Of a DNA stretch of 32,000 nt, positions 16,030 through 25,357 are shown piece after piece. How positions within the stretch are numbered: position 1 is the stretch's first letter; each line of letters opens with the position of its first letter. Made by a program: the position numbers and the translations under genes. Source of the DNA: Candidatus Saccharimonas aalborgensis (GTDB lineage: Bacteria; Patescibacteriota; Saccharimonadia; Saccharimonadales; Saccharimonadaceae); contig NC_021219.1 in the NCBI RefSeq assembly GCF_000392435.1, positions 300,001-332,000 on the forward strand, in the 5' to 3' direction. The notes beneath the pieces were generated by a model. The model worked only from the letters and a program-made list of their open reading frames with translations, was not told where the DNA came from and did no database searches.

Positions 16030-16623
16030 ATGGTTAGAAAAAAATCTCTTCATCCAAAGAAGCATGTCCAGACAACACCAACGCATTTTGTCTTGCGACG
16101 CAGCCTCTTGGTGTATGTCATATTGGTATTTGTACTGTTTTCGACACTTGCTATGAGCATTTATTTGATTGATCGTCTGGTTATTTCAAAACAACATACT
16201 GACCGCCTCAATCAAATCACTGCAATTTATGATAGTCTTGGCCTCGATAGCTCCTATCGAGCCGTCCGAAGCGACTTATTTGGCGATAAGCGTGTCTATA
16301 GCTGGGACAAGGGCAGGACATTCGCATCTACCATCGAATATGGACACAACGATACGCCGACAAATACGGCGAGTGATCTGAGAAAAAAGGTTGAAAATGC
16401 TGGCTTCACCTACATACAAACTGAGTATGAGGGTTCTATTAACCCCACCCAAGAATATAAAAATGCAAAAGGCAACTACCTACGCGTTAGCACGATGAGT
16501 GGTACCATTCACAATTCAATTGTCTACGGAGATGTTGACAGTAAAGCGCCGCTCATTCAGCATGCAAACGAAGCTCCTACCTACGTCACCATCAAAGTCA
16601 ATCTTGACGACAATAACGAGTAG
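16030..16623 (+). CDS. Hypothetical single-TM protein
   Basis: LRRSLLVYVILVFVLFSTLAMSIYLIDRLV helix then extracellular-type domain; TACACT-N6-ATG(16030). Confidence 0.6.
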   Translation: MVRKKSLHPKKHVQTTPTHFVLRRSLLVYVILVFVLFSTLAMSIYLIDRLVISKQHTDRLNQITAIYDSLGLDSSYRAVRSDLFGDKRVYSWDKGRTFASTIEYGHNDTPTNTASDLRKKVENAGFTYIQTEYEGSINPTQEYKNAKGNYLRVSTMSGTIHNSIVYGDVDSKAPLIQHANEAPTYVTIKVNLDDNNE

Positions 16624-16629
16624 TCACAC

Positions 16630-17472
16630 CTATTGTAGATTAGTACATTGCGAGGGTTGACCACTCGTATAGCCCTTTTTGAAGGCGTTGACGCGCTCTG
16701 TACTACTTCCGTGTGTCCACGTCTCGGGGTTGATTTGTACACCCTCCACTTTTTGAATATGGTCATCGCCAACTGCAGAAGCCGCGCTGATGGCCTGATC
16801 AATTTCTCCATTCTCAAAGATGCCATTTTTCGCTTGTGAATAGGCCCATATACCAGCATAACAATCGGCTTGTAATTCGACATCGATACTACCACTACGG
16901 GTCTTTGATGCCTTGGTGTTAAAGACGCCGAGTTGGCTTTGGACATTATGGCCAACCTCATGGGCGATCACATATGCCTGCGCCACGTCACCTGTATCGG
17001 CTCCAAACCGCGTGCGTAATTCATCAAAAAATGTCTCATCAAGATAGATTGTTTGATCTTGCGGACAAAAATGTGGCCCCATATCGGTTGTCGCTATTCC
17101 ACACCCAGACTGAGTCGCCTGGCGAAACAGCACTAGTCTCGGTTTTTTGTAGGTCGAATTATTTTGGGAGAATAGCCCACTCCACACATCATTTGTCGAA
17201 CCCAGCACCTTGCGCGTAAACACTTCGTAGCTATCGTTTCCTCTAAACTGCTCGGGTTGGGTTGTCTGCTTTGCTTGACCAGCTCTCATTGTTTGGACAG
17301 TGCCAATAGCAGATTCCACTGTCGACTGAGACACGTTAAGCCCCATATAGTTGAGACCAAGTGTGAGGAGTAGGGCGACGAGACCACCTCCACCGCCCAG
17401 CAACAAACCAGACGATACCCCCCTCCTATCCTCTACATCACCAGTGCTGACAATCTCATCCCATCGCGCCAT
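16630..17472 (-). CDS. Neutral zinc metallopeptidase (YpfJ family)
   Basis: RWDEIVSTGDVEDRRG, single TM, QDQTIYLDETFFDEL, AYVIAHEVGHNVQSQLGV, ELQADCYAGIWA. Confidence 0.9.
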   Translation of the reverse strand: MARWDEIVSTGDVEDRRGVSSGLLLGGGGGLVALLLTLGLNYMGLNVSQSTVESAIGTVQTMRAGQAKQTTQPEQFRGNDSYEVFTRKVLGSTNDVWSGLFSQNNSTYKKPRLVLFRQATQSGCGIATTDMGPHFCPQDQTIYLDETFFDELRTRFGADTGDVAQAYVIAHEVGHNVQSQLGVFNTKASKTRSGSIDVELQADCYAGIWAYSQAKNGIFENGEIDQAISAASAVGDDHIQKVEGVQINPETWTHGSSTERVNAFKKGYTSGQPSQCTNLQ

Positions 17473-17504
17473 AGTATAAATCTATCTCCTGCCTATTAGT
17501 AAGA

Positions 17505-19346
17505 TTATACCATCACCTTGGTATTTAGTGAGCCGGCACGTGCCCGTAGTGCATACAAGATGACAATTATATCGACGACTTCCTGAAGAGATGCTCCGAC
17601 GACAGCGGGTATCCTCCCAGTTGCCGCCAATAGCATCAAAAAGATGCTGAGGCCAATACCAATCAATACACTTCTCTTGGCAACTGATACGGTATGACGT
17701 GCAATTTTTATTGCGCTAACGAGACGCGATAATTGGTCGACCATGATGACGACATCGGCTGATTCACTCGCTGCAGTTGCCCCCCGTGCACCCATCGCGA
17801 TACCGACATCACTCGCCGCTAGTACCGGTGCATCATTGACGCCATCTCCTGTCATCATAATTGGCCGAGGCTCAAAATCTCTTACAGCGGCAACCTTATC
17901 CTTGGGTAGACAATCCGCTCGTACATCGGTCATCCCCAGTTCAGCTGCAATAGCATACGCCGTTTCTGGGTGATCTCCCGTCAACATTACCACGTGCTTA
18001 ACACCAAGCTGCCTTAATTGACGCAGCGTCTCGGCAGCATCCTGTCTCACTGTATCCTTATAGATAATCACTCCGAGGAGCTTATTGCTGCGAGCAACAT
18101 AGGTCGCCGTACCTGGATATTCTGGTAATGAACATGCCGGCACGCCATGCTCTACTAGGAAGTTACGCCTACCAACCACAATCTTTTGATGACCAATGGT
18201 GCACAAAATCCCGCCGCCACTCACCTCTGAGATACCAGTTGCTGGTCTAATTTCGACCAAACGACGTGTTGCTTCAATTTGTATGGCACGCGCCGTGACG
18301 TGGCCAGACTGTTGTTCAGCACTTGCCGCGATCGCCAGCACCTCCTCTTTGTTTGTTGTTTTCTGCGGAATGATTTCTACCAACTCTAGCTCACCTTTTG
18401 TCAATGTACCGGTTTTGTCAAATGCCGCAGATCGAACTGTACTCAGCCGCTCAATACTGCTACCATTCTTCATAATTATTCCTTGTTTGGCGGCCCTGCT
18501 CATGCCACTAATGAAGGCAACCGGTGCCGCAAGGAGCAGTGGACAGGGTGTCGCAACTACCAAAACTTCTGCAAAACGGCGAGCATCTCCCGATAGCATC
18601 CAAGCAATCAAGGCAATCCCAATAGCGGCAAAGGTGAAGGGAACGGCATACCTATCGGCGAGCCGTACAAAAGGAGCCTTTGATTCGCTGGCCGCTTGCA
18701 CTAGTGCTACGATCTGTGCATACTGACTATCGCTCGCACTCCGCTCGACCCTAATAGTGATGGGTGATTCGCCATTTACTGAACCGCTCAGCACGTTCTC
18801 TCCCTTTCCCATAGCAACAGGCTCACTTTCGCCAGTGATAGACGACTCATCAAGCATTGAGTTCCCCGATACAATAACTCCATCGACCGGTACAACCTCA
18901 CCTGGACGCACTACAATCGTATCATTGGGTTGGACAGTCGTGACTGCGACATCACCGGTTGAACCATCAACCATTTGTTTGTGCGCGACCGTAGGCGCTC
19001 GAGTAATCAATGCCGATAGTTCACTTCGAGCTCTGGCGTTCGCAAAGGACTCAAGCGCCTCTCCGCCGACCATCATAATAACAATAACGATAGTTGCCCA
19101 ATACTCACCGACTATAAGGGTACTCACGATCGCCATGACAGCAAGAATATCTACACCATAGCGACCTGCCATGATGTCTCTTATCATTCCCACGGCGAGA
19201 ACGAGCGCTACCCCTAGGCTATACCATGTAATTGCCGCTTCACCAAGCGCAGCACGGCCAGCTAGATGAAGAAATCCGGCCGCAACAAGCACGCTAAGTG
19301 CGGCAATCAGAGCTGCCTGACGTCGGAATTCTGTAAGCAGCGTCAT
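17505..19346 (-). CDS. Heavy-metal-translocating P-type ATPase lacking an N-terminal HMA domain
   Basis: SSITGESEPV, ATPCPLLLAAPVAFISG, AFDKTGTLTKG, MLTGDHPETAYAIA, MTGDGVNDAPVLAASDVGIAMG. Confidence 0.95.
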   Translation of the reverse strand: MTLLTEFRRQAALIAALSVLVAAGFLHLAGRAALGEAAITWYSLGVALVLAVGMIRDIMAGRYGVDILAVMAIVSTLIVGEYWATIVIVIMMVGGEALESFANARARSELSALITRAPTVAHKQMVDGSTGDVAVTTVQPNDTIVVRPGEVVPVDGVIVSGNSMLDESSITGESEPVAMGKGENVLSGSVNGESPITIRVERSASDSQYAQIVALVQAASESKAPFVRLADRYAVPFTFAAIGIALIAWMLSGDARRFAEVLVVATPCPLLLAAPVAFISGMSRAAKQGIIMKNGSSIERLSTVRSAAFDKTGTLTKGELELVEIIPQKTTNKEEVLAIAASAEQQSGHVTARAIQIEATRRLVEIRPATGISEVSGGGILCTIGHQKIVVGRRNFLVEHGVPACSLPEYPGTATYVARSNKLLGVIIYKDTVRQDAAETLRQLRQLGVKHVVMLTGDHPETAYAIAAELGMTDVRADCLPKDKVAAVRDFEPRPIMMTGDGVNDAPVLAASDVGIAMGARGATAASESADVVIMVDQLSRLVSAIKIARHTVSVAKRSVLIGIGLSIFLMLLAATGRIPAVVGASLQEVVDIIVILYALRARAGSLNTKVMV

Positions 19347-21802
19347 TCTTTCTCGCCTTGCGTTTCGGCTTGAGACTCTCCCCGCATCGCAATCACTTCG
19401 TTTTCTGACCGAAATACCTCTTCAACCTGACTGAGAGAGAGGCTAATGGTGCTCCCCGGTCCGACCAAACCACTCAACATTTGCTTGGCGACAGTACTCT
19501 CTACGGCCTTTTGAACAACTCGGCGCATCGGTCGGGCCCCAAGACGGGGATCGTATCCTTTTTCCACCAGAAATCGTTTTGCCTCATCACTCACTTCAAC
19601 GCTTATTTTTTGTAAGGCAAGTGTTTTATTTACGTTTGCGAGGATGAGGTCAAATACTTGGAGCAACTCGTCTTTTGTGAACGGTCGAAATACGACGATC
19701 TCATCGAAACGGTTGAGAAACTCAGGCCGGAATTGTCGCGTATTTATTAGCTCATCGATAAGTTGTTCTTCAAACTGCTCAAGTTGATAGCCACGCCCAA
19801 TATATTCCCTAATGCGCTCTGCTCCTGCGTTGCTAGTAGCAATGATGATGGCATCGCGGAAGCTCACCTCGCGATTCTTAATGTCACGGAGTATTCCTTC
19901 ATCAAGTAGCTGTAGTAATGTCGTGAGTACTTCGGGCGCAGCTTTTTCGATCTCGTCAAGTAAAACGACGCTAAATGGTTGTTTCATGACTTCTGCGGTG
20001 AGACTGCTCGGATCATCGGCGCCGTCGGCGATCAGTCGGCTAACGTCTTCGGCTCTGACATATTCATTGAGATCAATTCGAATCATCCGCTCCTCGCCAT
20101 TGAAATACACTGCCGCCAGGGCTTTGCTCAACTCAGTTTTACCAACTCCGGTTGGTCCCAAAAACAAGAATGTTCCGATGGGTCTATTTTGATTACGCAC
20201 ACCCGCTCTCGCCCGCCTCAGTGCATCACTTACTACAGAAACAGCACGTGATTGATTCACCATACGTTCATGGATGAGGGTCTCCATATGTAGCAATCGC
20301 TCTCGATCTTCCGTATCGCTTGCTACGCTTATCTTTACACCGATAGTTTTTTCGATGGCTTGCTGGACCGAGTTGATGGTTACGATACCTGATTCACTGT
20401 ATGCTGCAGCGGATTCGAGTAGCTTGAGAGCGCGACCAGGCATGGCGAGATCGTGTACATAGCGCTCGCTCAGTCGATATGCCTCTTTCAATGCCTGGTA
20501 CATATACGTGACATTACGCTGTATCTCCGTAAGTATTAGCTGCTCCTGCATAACGACAAGTGTTTCGTCCTCATCGGCAGGTTCAACGTTGATTCGATTG
20601 AGAGCATTGATAAGTGAGGGATTTCGCTGGCCTATCTTCAGGAATCGCTGCTCATCCATCGACAATATCACCCGCAGACGTCCTGCATCAAGGATCGGCA
20701 ACAAGACATTTGTAAGATCAACCGATCCCATGCCCTCCTCAAAAAATAACTGTGCGTTATCGAGGCAGACAATAATGTTTTTTGCGTTATAAGCCTCACC
20801 AAGAACACGCATGATAAGGCTTTCCAGCTCGCCCCTCCCCGGAGCTGCAGCTATCAACGAAGCCGAATCAAGGATAAATACCTGCCTAAACTTGAGGGTA
20901 TCTGGCAGTTTCGCCGACGCATCAAGCAGCCGCTCAGCAAAGGCATGAATGATCGTTGTTTTTCCTGCCCCGGCGACGCCGACAAGTGCTGCGTTTTGTC
21001 GACCCCCCGTGCCAAATGTTTCTATAAGCTGATCGATAGCCCGCGTATGAGAGTCGATGTCAACTGTCAATAGCCCGCTGCCGTTTCCTATTTGCTCACT
21101 GATATTCTGCCCAAACTTTGTAAGGAGTGGAATATAGCCAAACGTCCAGTCTCGCCCGATGCCGCCCGTTCGCCTTGCGCGTGAATGCTTCTGGACCAGT
21201 TTCCGCAAATGATCTTGCCAGCGTACGCCATCATCGAGATCCTCATCATCAAGATGAATCTGTGCAAGAATATCCTGGTACGCCGGGAACGATCTTATCA
21301 AGGCTACCGCAAGTACGCTGCCACTTAAATGATCAATGCTATTTTGTTTTCTTACTGACTCTGCTTGCTTCCAAAATTCAGCGGTATCCTTCTCTTCTTT
21401 TGAGGCAATCTGCTGAAGTAATCTTGGCGTCAGCCCAAGGCGTACCCCCATAAAGAGGCCGCTGTTGACTTGGCCCACCGCCGTCGCTATATCGAGAGGG
21501 GTGGGACGTTTTGGGAGACGACCCAAGATATCTGAGGAAAGCCAGGCTTCTACTCCCCCGTGGTGTGCTGAGGGAATATGACGGAGACCGTGAAGATACC
21601 ACCAAACTAGCATGGCTGGCACGGCTACTAAACCAATGCACGTCCATCCTAGTGGAGTCGCGAGAAATAGAAGTAATACACCGAGGGCAAAGAGGATAGT
21701 TCCGATGACTATAATAACGATAATGGGCGCGCCTTCAAGCCGCACTCTAAGACGAGCTTCAGCGGCACGCGAGTGATAATAATCAAACGTCAGGTCTTCC
21801 AT
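19343..21802 (-). CDS. Membrane-anchored Clp/Hsp100-like protein with two AAA+ domains
   Basis: TM pair near N-terminus; D1 Walker A GVAGAGKTT; D2 FLFLGPTGVGKTELSKALA, VVLLDEIEKAAPEVLTTLLQLLDEG, ATSNAGAERI, RPEFLNRFDEIVVF. Start set at 21802 (track 21865) to limit overlap with upstream gene. Confidence 0.92.
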   Translation of the reverse strand: MEDLTFDYYHSRAAEARLRVRLEGAPIIVIIVIGTILFALGVLLLFLATPLGWTCIGLVAVPAMLVWWYLHGLRHIPSAHHGGVEAWLSSDILGRLPKRPTPLDIATAVGQVNSGLFMGVRLGLTPRLLQQIASKEEKDTAEFWKQAESVRKQNSIDHLSGSVLAVALIRSFPAYQDILAQIHLDDEDLDDGVRWQDHLRKLVQKHSRARRTGGIGRDWTFGYIPLLTKFGQNISEQIGNGSGLLTVDIDSHTRAIDQLIETFGTGGRQNAALVGVAGAGKTTIIHAFAERLLDASAKLPDTLKFRQVFILDSASLIAAAPGRGELESLIMRVLGEAYNAKNIIVCLDNAQLFFEEGMGSVDLTNVLLPILDAGRLRVILSMDEQRFLKIGQRNPSLINALNRINVEPADEDETLVVMQEQLILTEIQRNVTYMYQALKEAYRLSERYVHDLAMPGRALKLLESAAAYSESGIVTINSVQQAIEKTIGVKISVASDTEDRERLLHMETLIHERMVNQSRAVSVVSDALRRARAGVRNQNRPIGTFLFLGPTGVGKTELSKALAAVYFNGEERMIRIDLNEYVRAEDVSRLIADGADDPSSLTAEVMKQPFSVVLLDEIEKAAPEVLTTLLQLLDEGILRDIKNREVSFRDAIIIATSNAGAERIREYIGRGYQLEQFEEQLIDELINTRQFRPEFLNRFDEIVVFRPFTKDELLQVFDLILANVNKTLALQKISVEVSDEAKRFLVEKGYDPRLGARPMRRVVQKAVESTVAKQMLSGLVGPGSTISLSLSQVEEVFRSENEVIAMRGESQAETQGEKE

Positions 21803-22173
21803 GGAATCCACCCTGCTAGTGTCATCACGAGCCCAACTGCTGGTAATAATGGGATGATCGACCATATCAACACTATTATCAACCCAGATAACGCCGCTAT
21901 CAGAAGTGCAATTGCGCCAACGACAATCATGACGAGACGTACAATGGCACCAATGATACGTGACAGGAGGCGATCAAACCAAGCACGAATTTGTACGCCG
22001 AGCGGACCGCGTATTGAGCCTGCTGAAATCTGCCGGAACGGCGAGAATAAGGTGCGAACCAAAAGATCAATCGAAAAATAATCATAGGTGCTGGCAATTC
22101 GTTCTCGCAACAAAAGAAGCTGCTGCTTCCACCCAGCCCCATACCACCATGTGAGAAAGCTCACCATAAGCAT
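21790..22173 (-). CDS. Hypothetical membrane protein (127 aa)
   Basis: Hydrophobic C-terminal half; TACAAT (22185-22180)-N6-ATG(22173). Confidence 0.7.
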   Translation of the reverse strand: MLMVSFLTWWYGAGWKQQLLLLRERIASTYDYFSIDLLVRTLFSPFRQISAGSIRGPLGVQIRAWFDRLLSRIIGAIVRLVMIVVGAIALLIAALSGLIIVLIWSIIPLLPAVGLVMTLAGWIPWKT

Positions 22174-22218
22174 ATCCTCATTGTACCGTAATCTGGTAGC
22201 TTAGGCTATAATGAACCT

Positions 22219-23496
22219 ATGTCTACTCCACTTGTCACCTTCCTGGGAAAAGGAGTCCAGCGACTTGCTCGCCTTCGGGGGGGTGGTTCAGCGCTACCTG
22301 GACTTTTCATGGAAAAGATTGATCCGACGTTCATTCGCCGAACCCTCGCCCAACTACCGATGGGTGTTGTGCTCGTGAGCGGCACAAACGGAAAAACGAC
22401 AACGACAAAAATGGTGGTGGAGCTCCTCGAAAGTCAAGGTCTGCGCGTGTTTACCAACCGTACAGGCAGTAATTTCATGAGGGGCGTCGCAGCCGCTCTC
22501 CTGCCCGAAGTAGATCATCGAGGAAGATTATCCGCCGATATTGCCGTGCTAGAACTCGACGAAGCACACGCTGTTCGATTTGTTGACTCAATCGCACCAG
22601 AATACTGCCTGCTGTTGAATGTGATGCGAGACCAACTTGACCGTTTCGGCGAAATTGATAGCACCGCACAATTACTAAAGCAGATTGCTCAAAGAACGAC
22701 TCACGGTATTGTGCTCAACCGTGATGATCCTCGTCTCGCTAGTGAGACGTTCAGAAAAGACCTTGTCGTCCCCATCACAACCTATGGGGTAAGCCCGTCG
22801 CTGTCACACCTTTTTCCTTCTGATGATGCATTACGCCAAGATTCTACTCATGCTGGTTCCCATCTCCAGTTAGATGATACCTGTCTCTTGAAAGTCGACA
22901 AGCAAATAGCGACAATTGCCTATGCGAAACAAGAGCGGACAGTCACACTCAAACTAAAAGGAATCTACAACGTCCTGAACTCAGTTGCCGCTATCGCGCT
23001 TGTACGGAGCGTAATGGGTATATCGCTGAATGAAAAAGCGATGTTAAGCTCGTTGGAGCACGTCCTGCCAGCGTTTGGACGTGGCGAAAGTGTCTTTGTA
23101 GACGGAACAGAGTGCGAGTTGGTACTCGTAAAGAACCCCGGAGGGTTTCGGCTAAGCCTTTCGTCATTTGATCCAAATGGCTACAAGACTATGATCGCCG
23201 TAAACGATAATTACGCGGACGGACGCGATATGAGCTGGCTATGGGACGTTGACTTTGATAGCCTCAGGCAGCATGGAGTCGCGATGGTCAGTGGTATCCG
23301 CGCCTACGACATGGCGCTTCGGCTCCAATACGATGAGGTAGAGCCGTCGCGGGTTGAACCAAATCTTGCGCTCGCGCTCGACGCATTTCTCGCAAATCAC
23401 AAAACCTTACCAAAACGCATTTACTGCACCTATACAGCGATGCTCTCGCTCCGAAAAGAACTGGCAAAACATACTGCCGTGGAGAAGGTTCTATGA
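22219..23496 (+). CDS. murT: Lipid II isoglutaminyl synthase, Mur-ligase-like subunit
   Basis: VVLVSGTNGKTTTTKM, NRTGSNFMRGV, CLLLNVMRDQLDRFGE, VLPAFGRGE; DUF1727-like C-term; next to GatD. Confidence 0.9.
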   Translation: MSTPLVTFLGKGVQRLARLRGGGSALPGLFMEKIDPTFIRRTLAQLPMGVVLVSGTNGKTTTTKMVVELLESQGLRVFTNRTGSNFMRGVAAALLPEVDHRGRLSADIAVLELDEAHAVRFVDSIAPEYCLLLNVMRDQLDRFGEIDSTAQLLKQIAQRTTHGIVLNRDDPRLASETFRKDLVVPITTYGVSPSLSHLFPSDDALRQDSTHAGSHLQLDDTCLLKVDKQIATIAYAKQERTVTLKLKGIYNVLNSVAAIALVRSVMGISLNEKAMLSSLEHVLPAFGRGESVFVDGTECELVLVKNPGGFRLSLSSFDPNGYKTMIAVNDNYADGRDMSWLWDVDFDSLRQHGVAMVSGIRAYDMALRLQYDEVEPSRVEPNLALALDAFLANHKTLPKRIYCTYTAMLSLRKELAKHTAVEKVL

Positions 23497-24215
23497 GTAA
23501 AGGCACGCTTGTAATCGTCCAACTTTACCCAAAAAACATGAACATATACGGGGACTGGGGAAACACACTTACCCTTAAGCGTCGAATTGAATGGCATGGC
23601 TACGATGCTAAACTTGTCGCCTATAACCCCGGTGACACATTTCCCGAAGAAGTTGACGTCATCGTTGGTGGTGGTGGGCAAGATAGCGGACAAGCTGCAA
23701 TCGGCGATGATCTGAGATCAGTTGGGCCAGAGCTGATTCGGCTCGCAGATGATAACGTACCCATGCTTATGATATGCGGCCTCTACCAACTTTTTGGGCA
23801 TTTTTTCAAAACGCGTGAAGGAGTGATCATCAAGGGCATAGGACTACTCGATATCGAGACGGTAGGTGGAGACGAACGAATGATTGGTAATATCATCACT
23901 TCGAGTGACGAGTTTGGCGACATCGTTGGGTATGAAAACCATAGCGGAAAAACCACACTAGGTCCTTTGGCTCAACCGCTCGGTACTGTTCGTAAAGGTG
24001 CTGGCAACAACGGACAGGATGCACTTGAAGGTGCGCGCTATAAGAATGTTATCGGTACGTATTTACACGGTTCGCTGCTGCCAAAGAACCCCGCTGTCGC
24101 TGATTGGCTCATCGAGCAAGCTGCCTGCCGCAGGTTTGGCTTGTTTTCTCCATCTGTCATTGATGACCGTTTTGCATCTGAGGCACGACGCATTGCAATC
24201 AACCGCCCACGATAG
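23493..24215 (+). CDS. gatD: Lipid II isoglutaminyl synthase, glutamine amidotransferase subunit
   Basis: LYPKNMNIYGDWGNTLTLKRR, VGGGGQDSGQ, MLMICGLYQLFG (Cys nucleophile), VIGTYLHGSLLPKNP (His). Overlaps murT by 4 nt. Confidence 0.93.
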   Translation: MSKGTLVIVQLYPKNMNIYGDWGNTLTLKRRIEWHGYDAKLVAYNPGDTFPEEVDVIVGGGGQDSGQAAIGDDLRSVGPELIRLADDNVPMLMICGLYQLFGHFFKTREGVIIKGIGLLDIETVGGDERMIGNIITSSDEFGDIVGYENHSGKTTLGPLAQPLGTVRKGAGNNGQDALEGARYKNVIGTYLHGSLLPKNPAVADWLIEQAACRRFGLFSPSVIDDRFASEARRIAINRPR

Positions 24216-24274
24216 TGTTTGCTCCATTTTCAGCCAAATCTGTTTGGTTATAGCACCTTTGTTATAATGATGAG

Positions 24275-25357
24275 ATGGCTAATTCAGTATCACAGAAGTC
24301 TGGGAGGTTAGTCGCACTCGACTACATGCGTGGCTACTTCGTCATCGTCATTATCCTCGATCACCTGTGGCGCTATCCAAGCGCGTTTTCATTGGTGACC
24401 GGCGAAGCATCGCTTTGGGTAACTGCTGCAGAAGGATTTGTTATTATCAGTGGATTTCTCATCGGGTATATTCGTGGGTTCAAGGGGTTGAAACTTTCAT
24501 TCCTTACCGTTGCATTAAAGCTTATTTCAAGGGCTGCAGTTCTCTACCTCTCTATGATTGCTGCCAGTCTACTGTATATCTATATCGAGTGGTCCGACAA
24601 GGTACCGTCTATGCCCTACACCCCCATTGGCACTGAGACAAAACGGAACTGGAATATTGTCTTAGAACAGACAATCAATCTCTCCCACCCCCACACTTGG
24701 GTTCATTTCTTAGCACTGTATACAATATTTCTGCTTGCCTCAGTTATCATGGTCGGATTGCTGCGTCGTCGCATGCCATGGCTTGTTGGTGGACTAACGA
24801 TTTTACTCTACATTTTTGGTCAGATAACAGAAATTGAGTGGTTAAAATGGCAAATTATATTCTTTGTACCAAGCATTGCTGGATTTTATTTTGAGTCAAT
24901 AAAAAAGTGGTGGAAAACATTATTGAGCGAACAAAAACAAACGTGGAATATTTTACTCTATGTTGCGGGATGTTCTACACTCGTGACATCAATCGCTTTT
25001 ATAAACTTTCATTCACTCCTGCCAACATCAATAAGCGAGCCGATAGCACAGCTCTTTGCCATTGAATCTTTTTCACCTGCTCGTGTTATCCTAGCATTAC
25101 TTTGGTTTGTTATGTTCGCAATGCTGTTTTCGCGTTTTAGCGCAGCTATTCCTCGTTCGACACACGGCGTGCTAGCGTACATAGGCACCCATTCTCTCAG
25201 CGCCTACCTCGTTCACGGATTGATTATTTGTGCTATCAACTTCTTCCTGCCACCATCTAGTGGTATTCTCGCAAATACTCTCTATGGTATTATCGCGGTC
25301 GCTGCCGTCACCTTATTCATCCGACTTCCCGTCATGCGGTCGCTTCTGCCACGCTAA
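24275..25357 (+). CDS. Acyltransferase-3/OpgC-like multi-pass membrane protein
   Basis: RLVALDYMRGYFVIVIILDHLW, FVIISGFLIGYIRG, YIGTHSLSAYLVHGLII. Confidence 0.7.
   Translation: MANSVSQKSGRLVALDYMRGYFVIVIILDHLWRYPSAFSLVTGEASLWVTAAEGFVIISGFLIGYIRGFKGLKLSFLTVALKLISRAAVLYLSMIAASLLYIYIEWSDKVPSMPYTPIGTETKRNWNIVLEQTINLSHPHTWVHFLALYTIFLLASVIMVGLLRRRMPWLVGGLTILLYIFGQITEIEWLKWQIIFFVPSIAGFYFESIKKWWKTLLSEQKQTWNILLYVAGCSTLVTSIAFINFHSLLPTSISEPIAQLFAIESFSPARVILALLWFVMFAMLFSRFSAAIPRSTHGVLAYIGTHSLSAYLVHGLIICAINFFLPPSSGILANTLYGIIAVAAVTLFIRLPVMRSLLPR

Noticed and set aside
16581-16961. Minus ORF 16581..16961 and plus ORF 16648..16839 near the metallopeptidase
   Set aside because: Overlap conserved YpfJ-family coding sequence in other frames; no family resemblance.
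18196-19161. Plus-strand ORFs 18196..18726 and 18757..19161
   Set aside because: Antisense to the P-type ATPase, composition-driven low-complexity Ser/Thr/Pro translations.
19812-20792. Overlapping plus-strand ORFs (19812..20192, 19979..20251, 20508..20792) as genes
   Set aside because: Antisense to a strongly supported AAA+ gene with no homology-like features or start signals; typical shadow ORFs.
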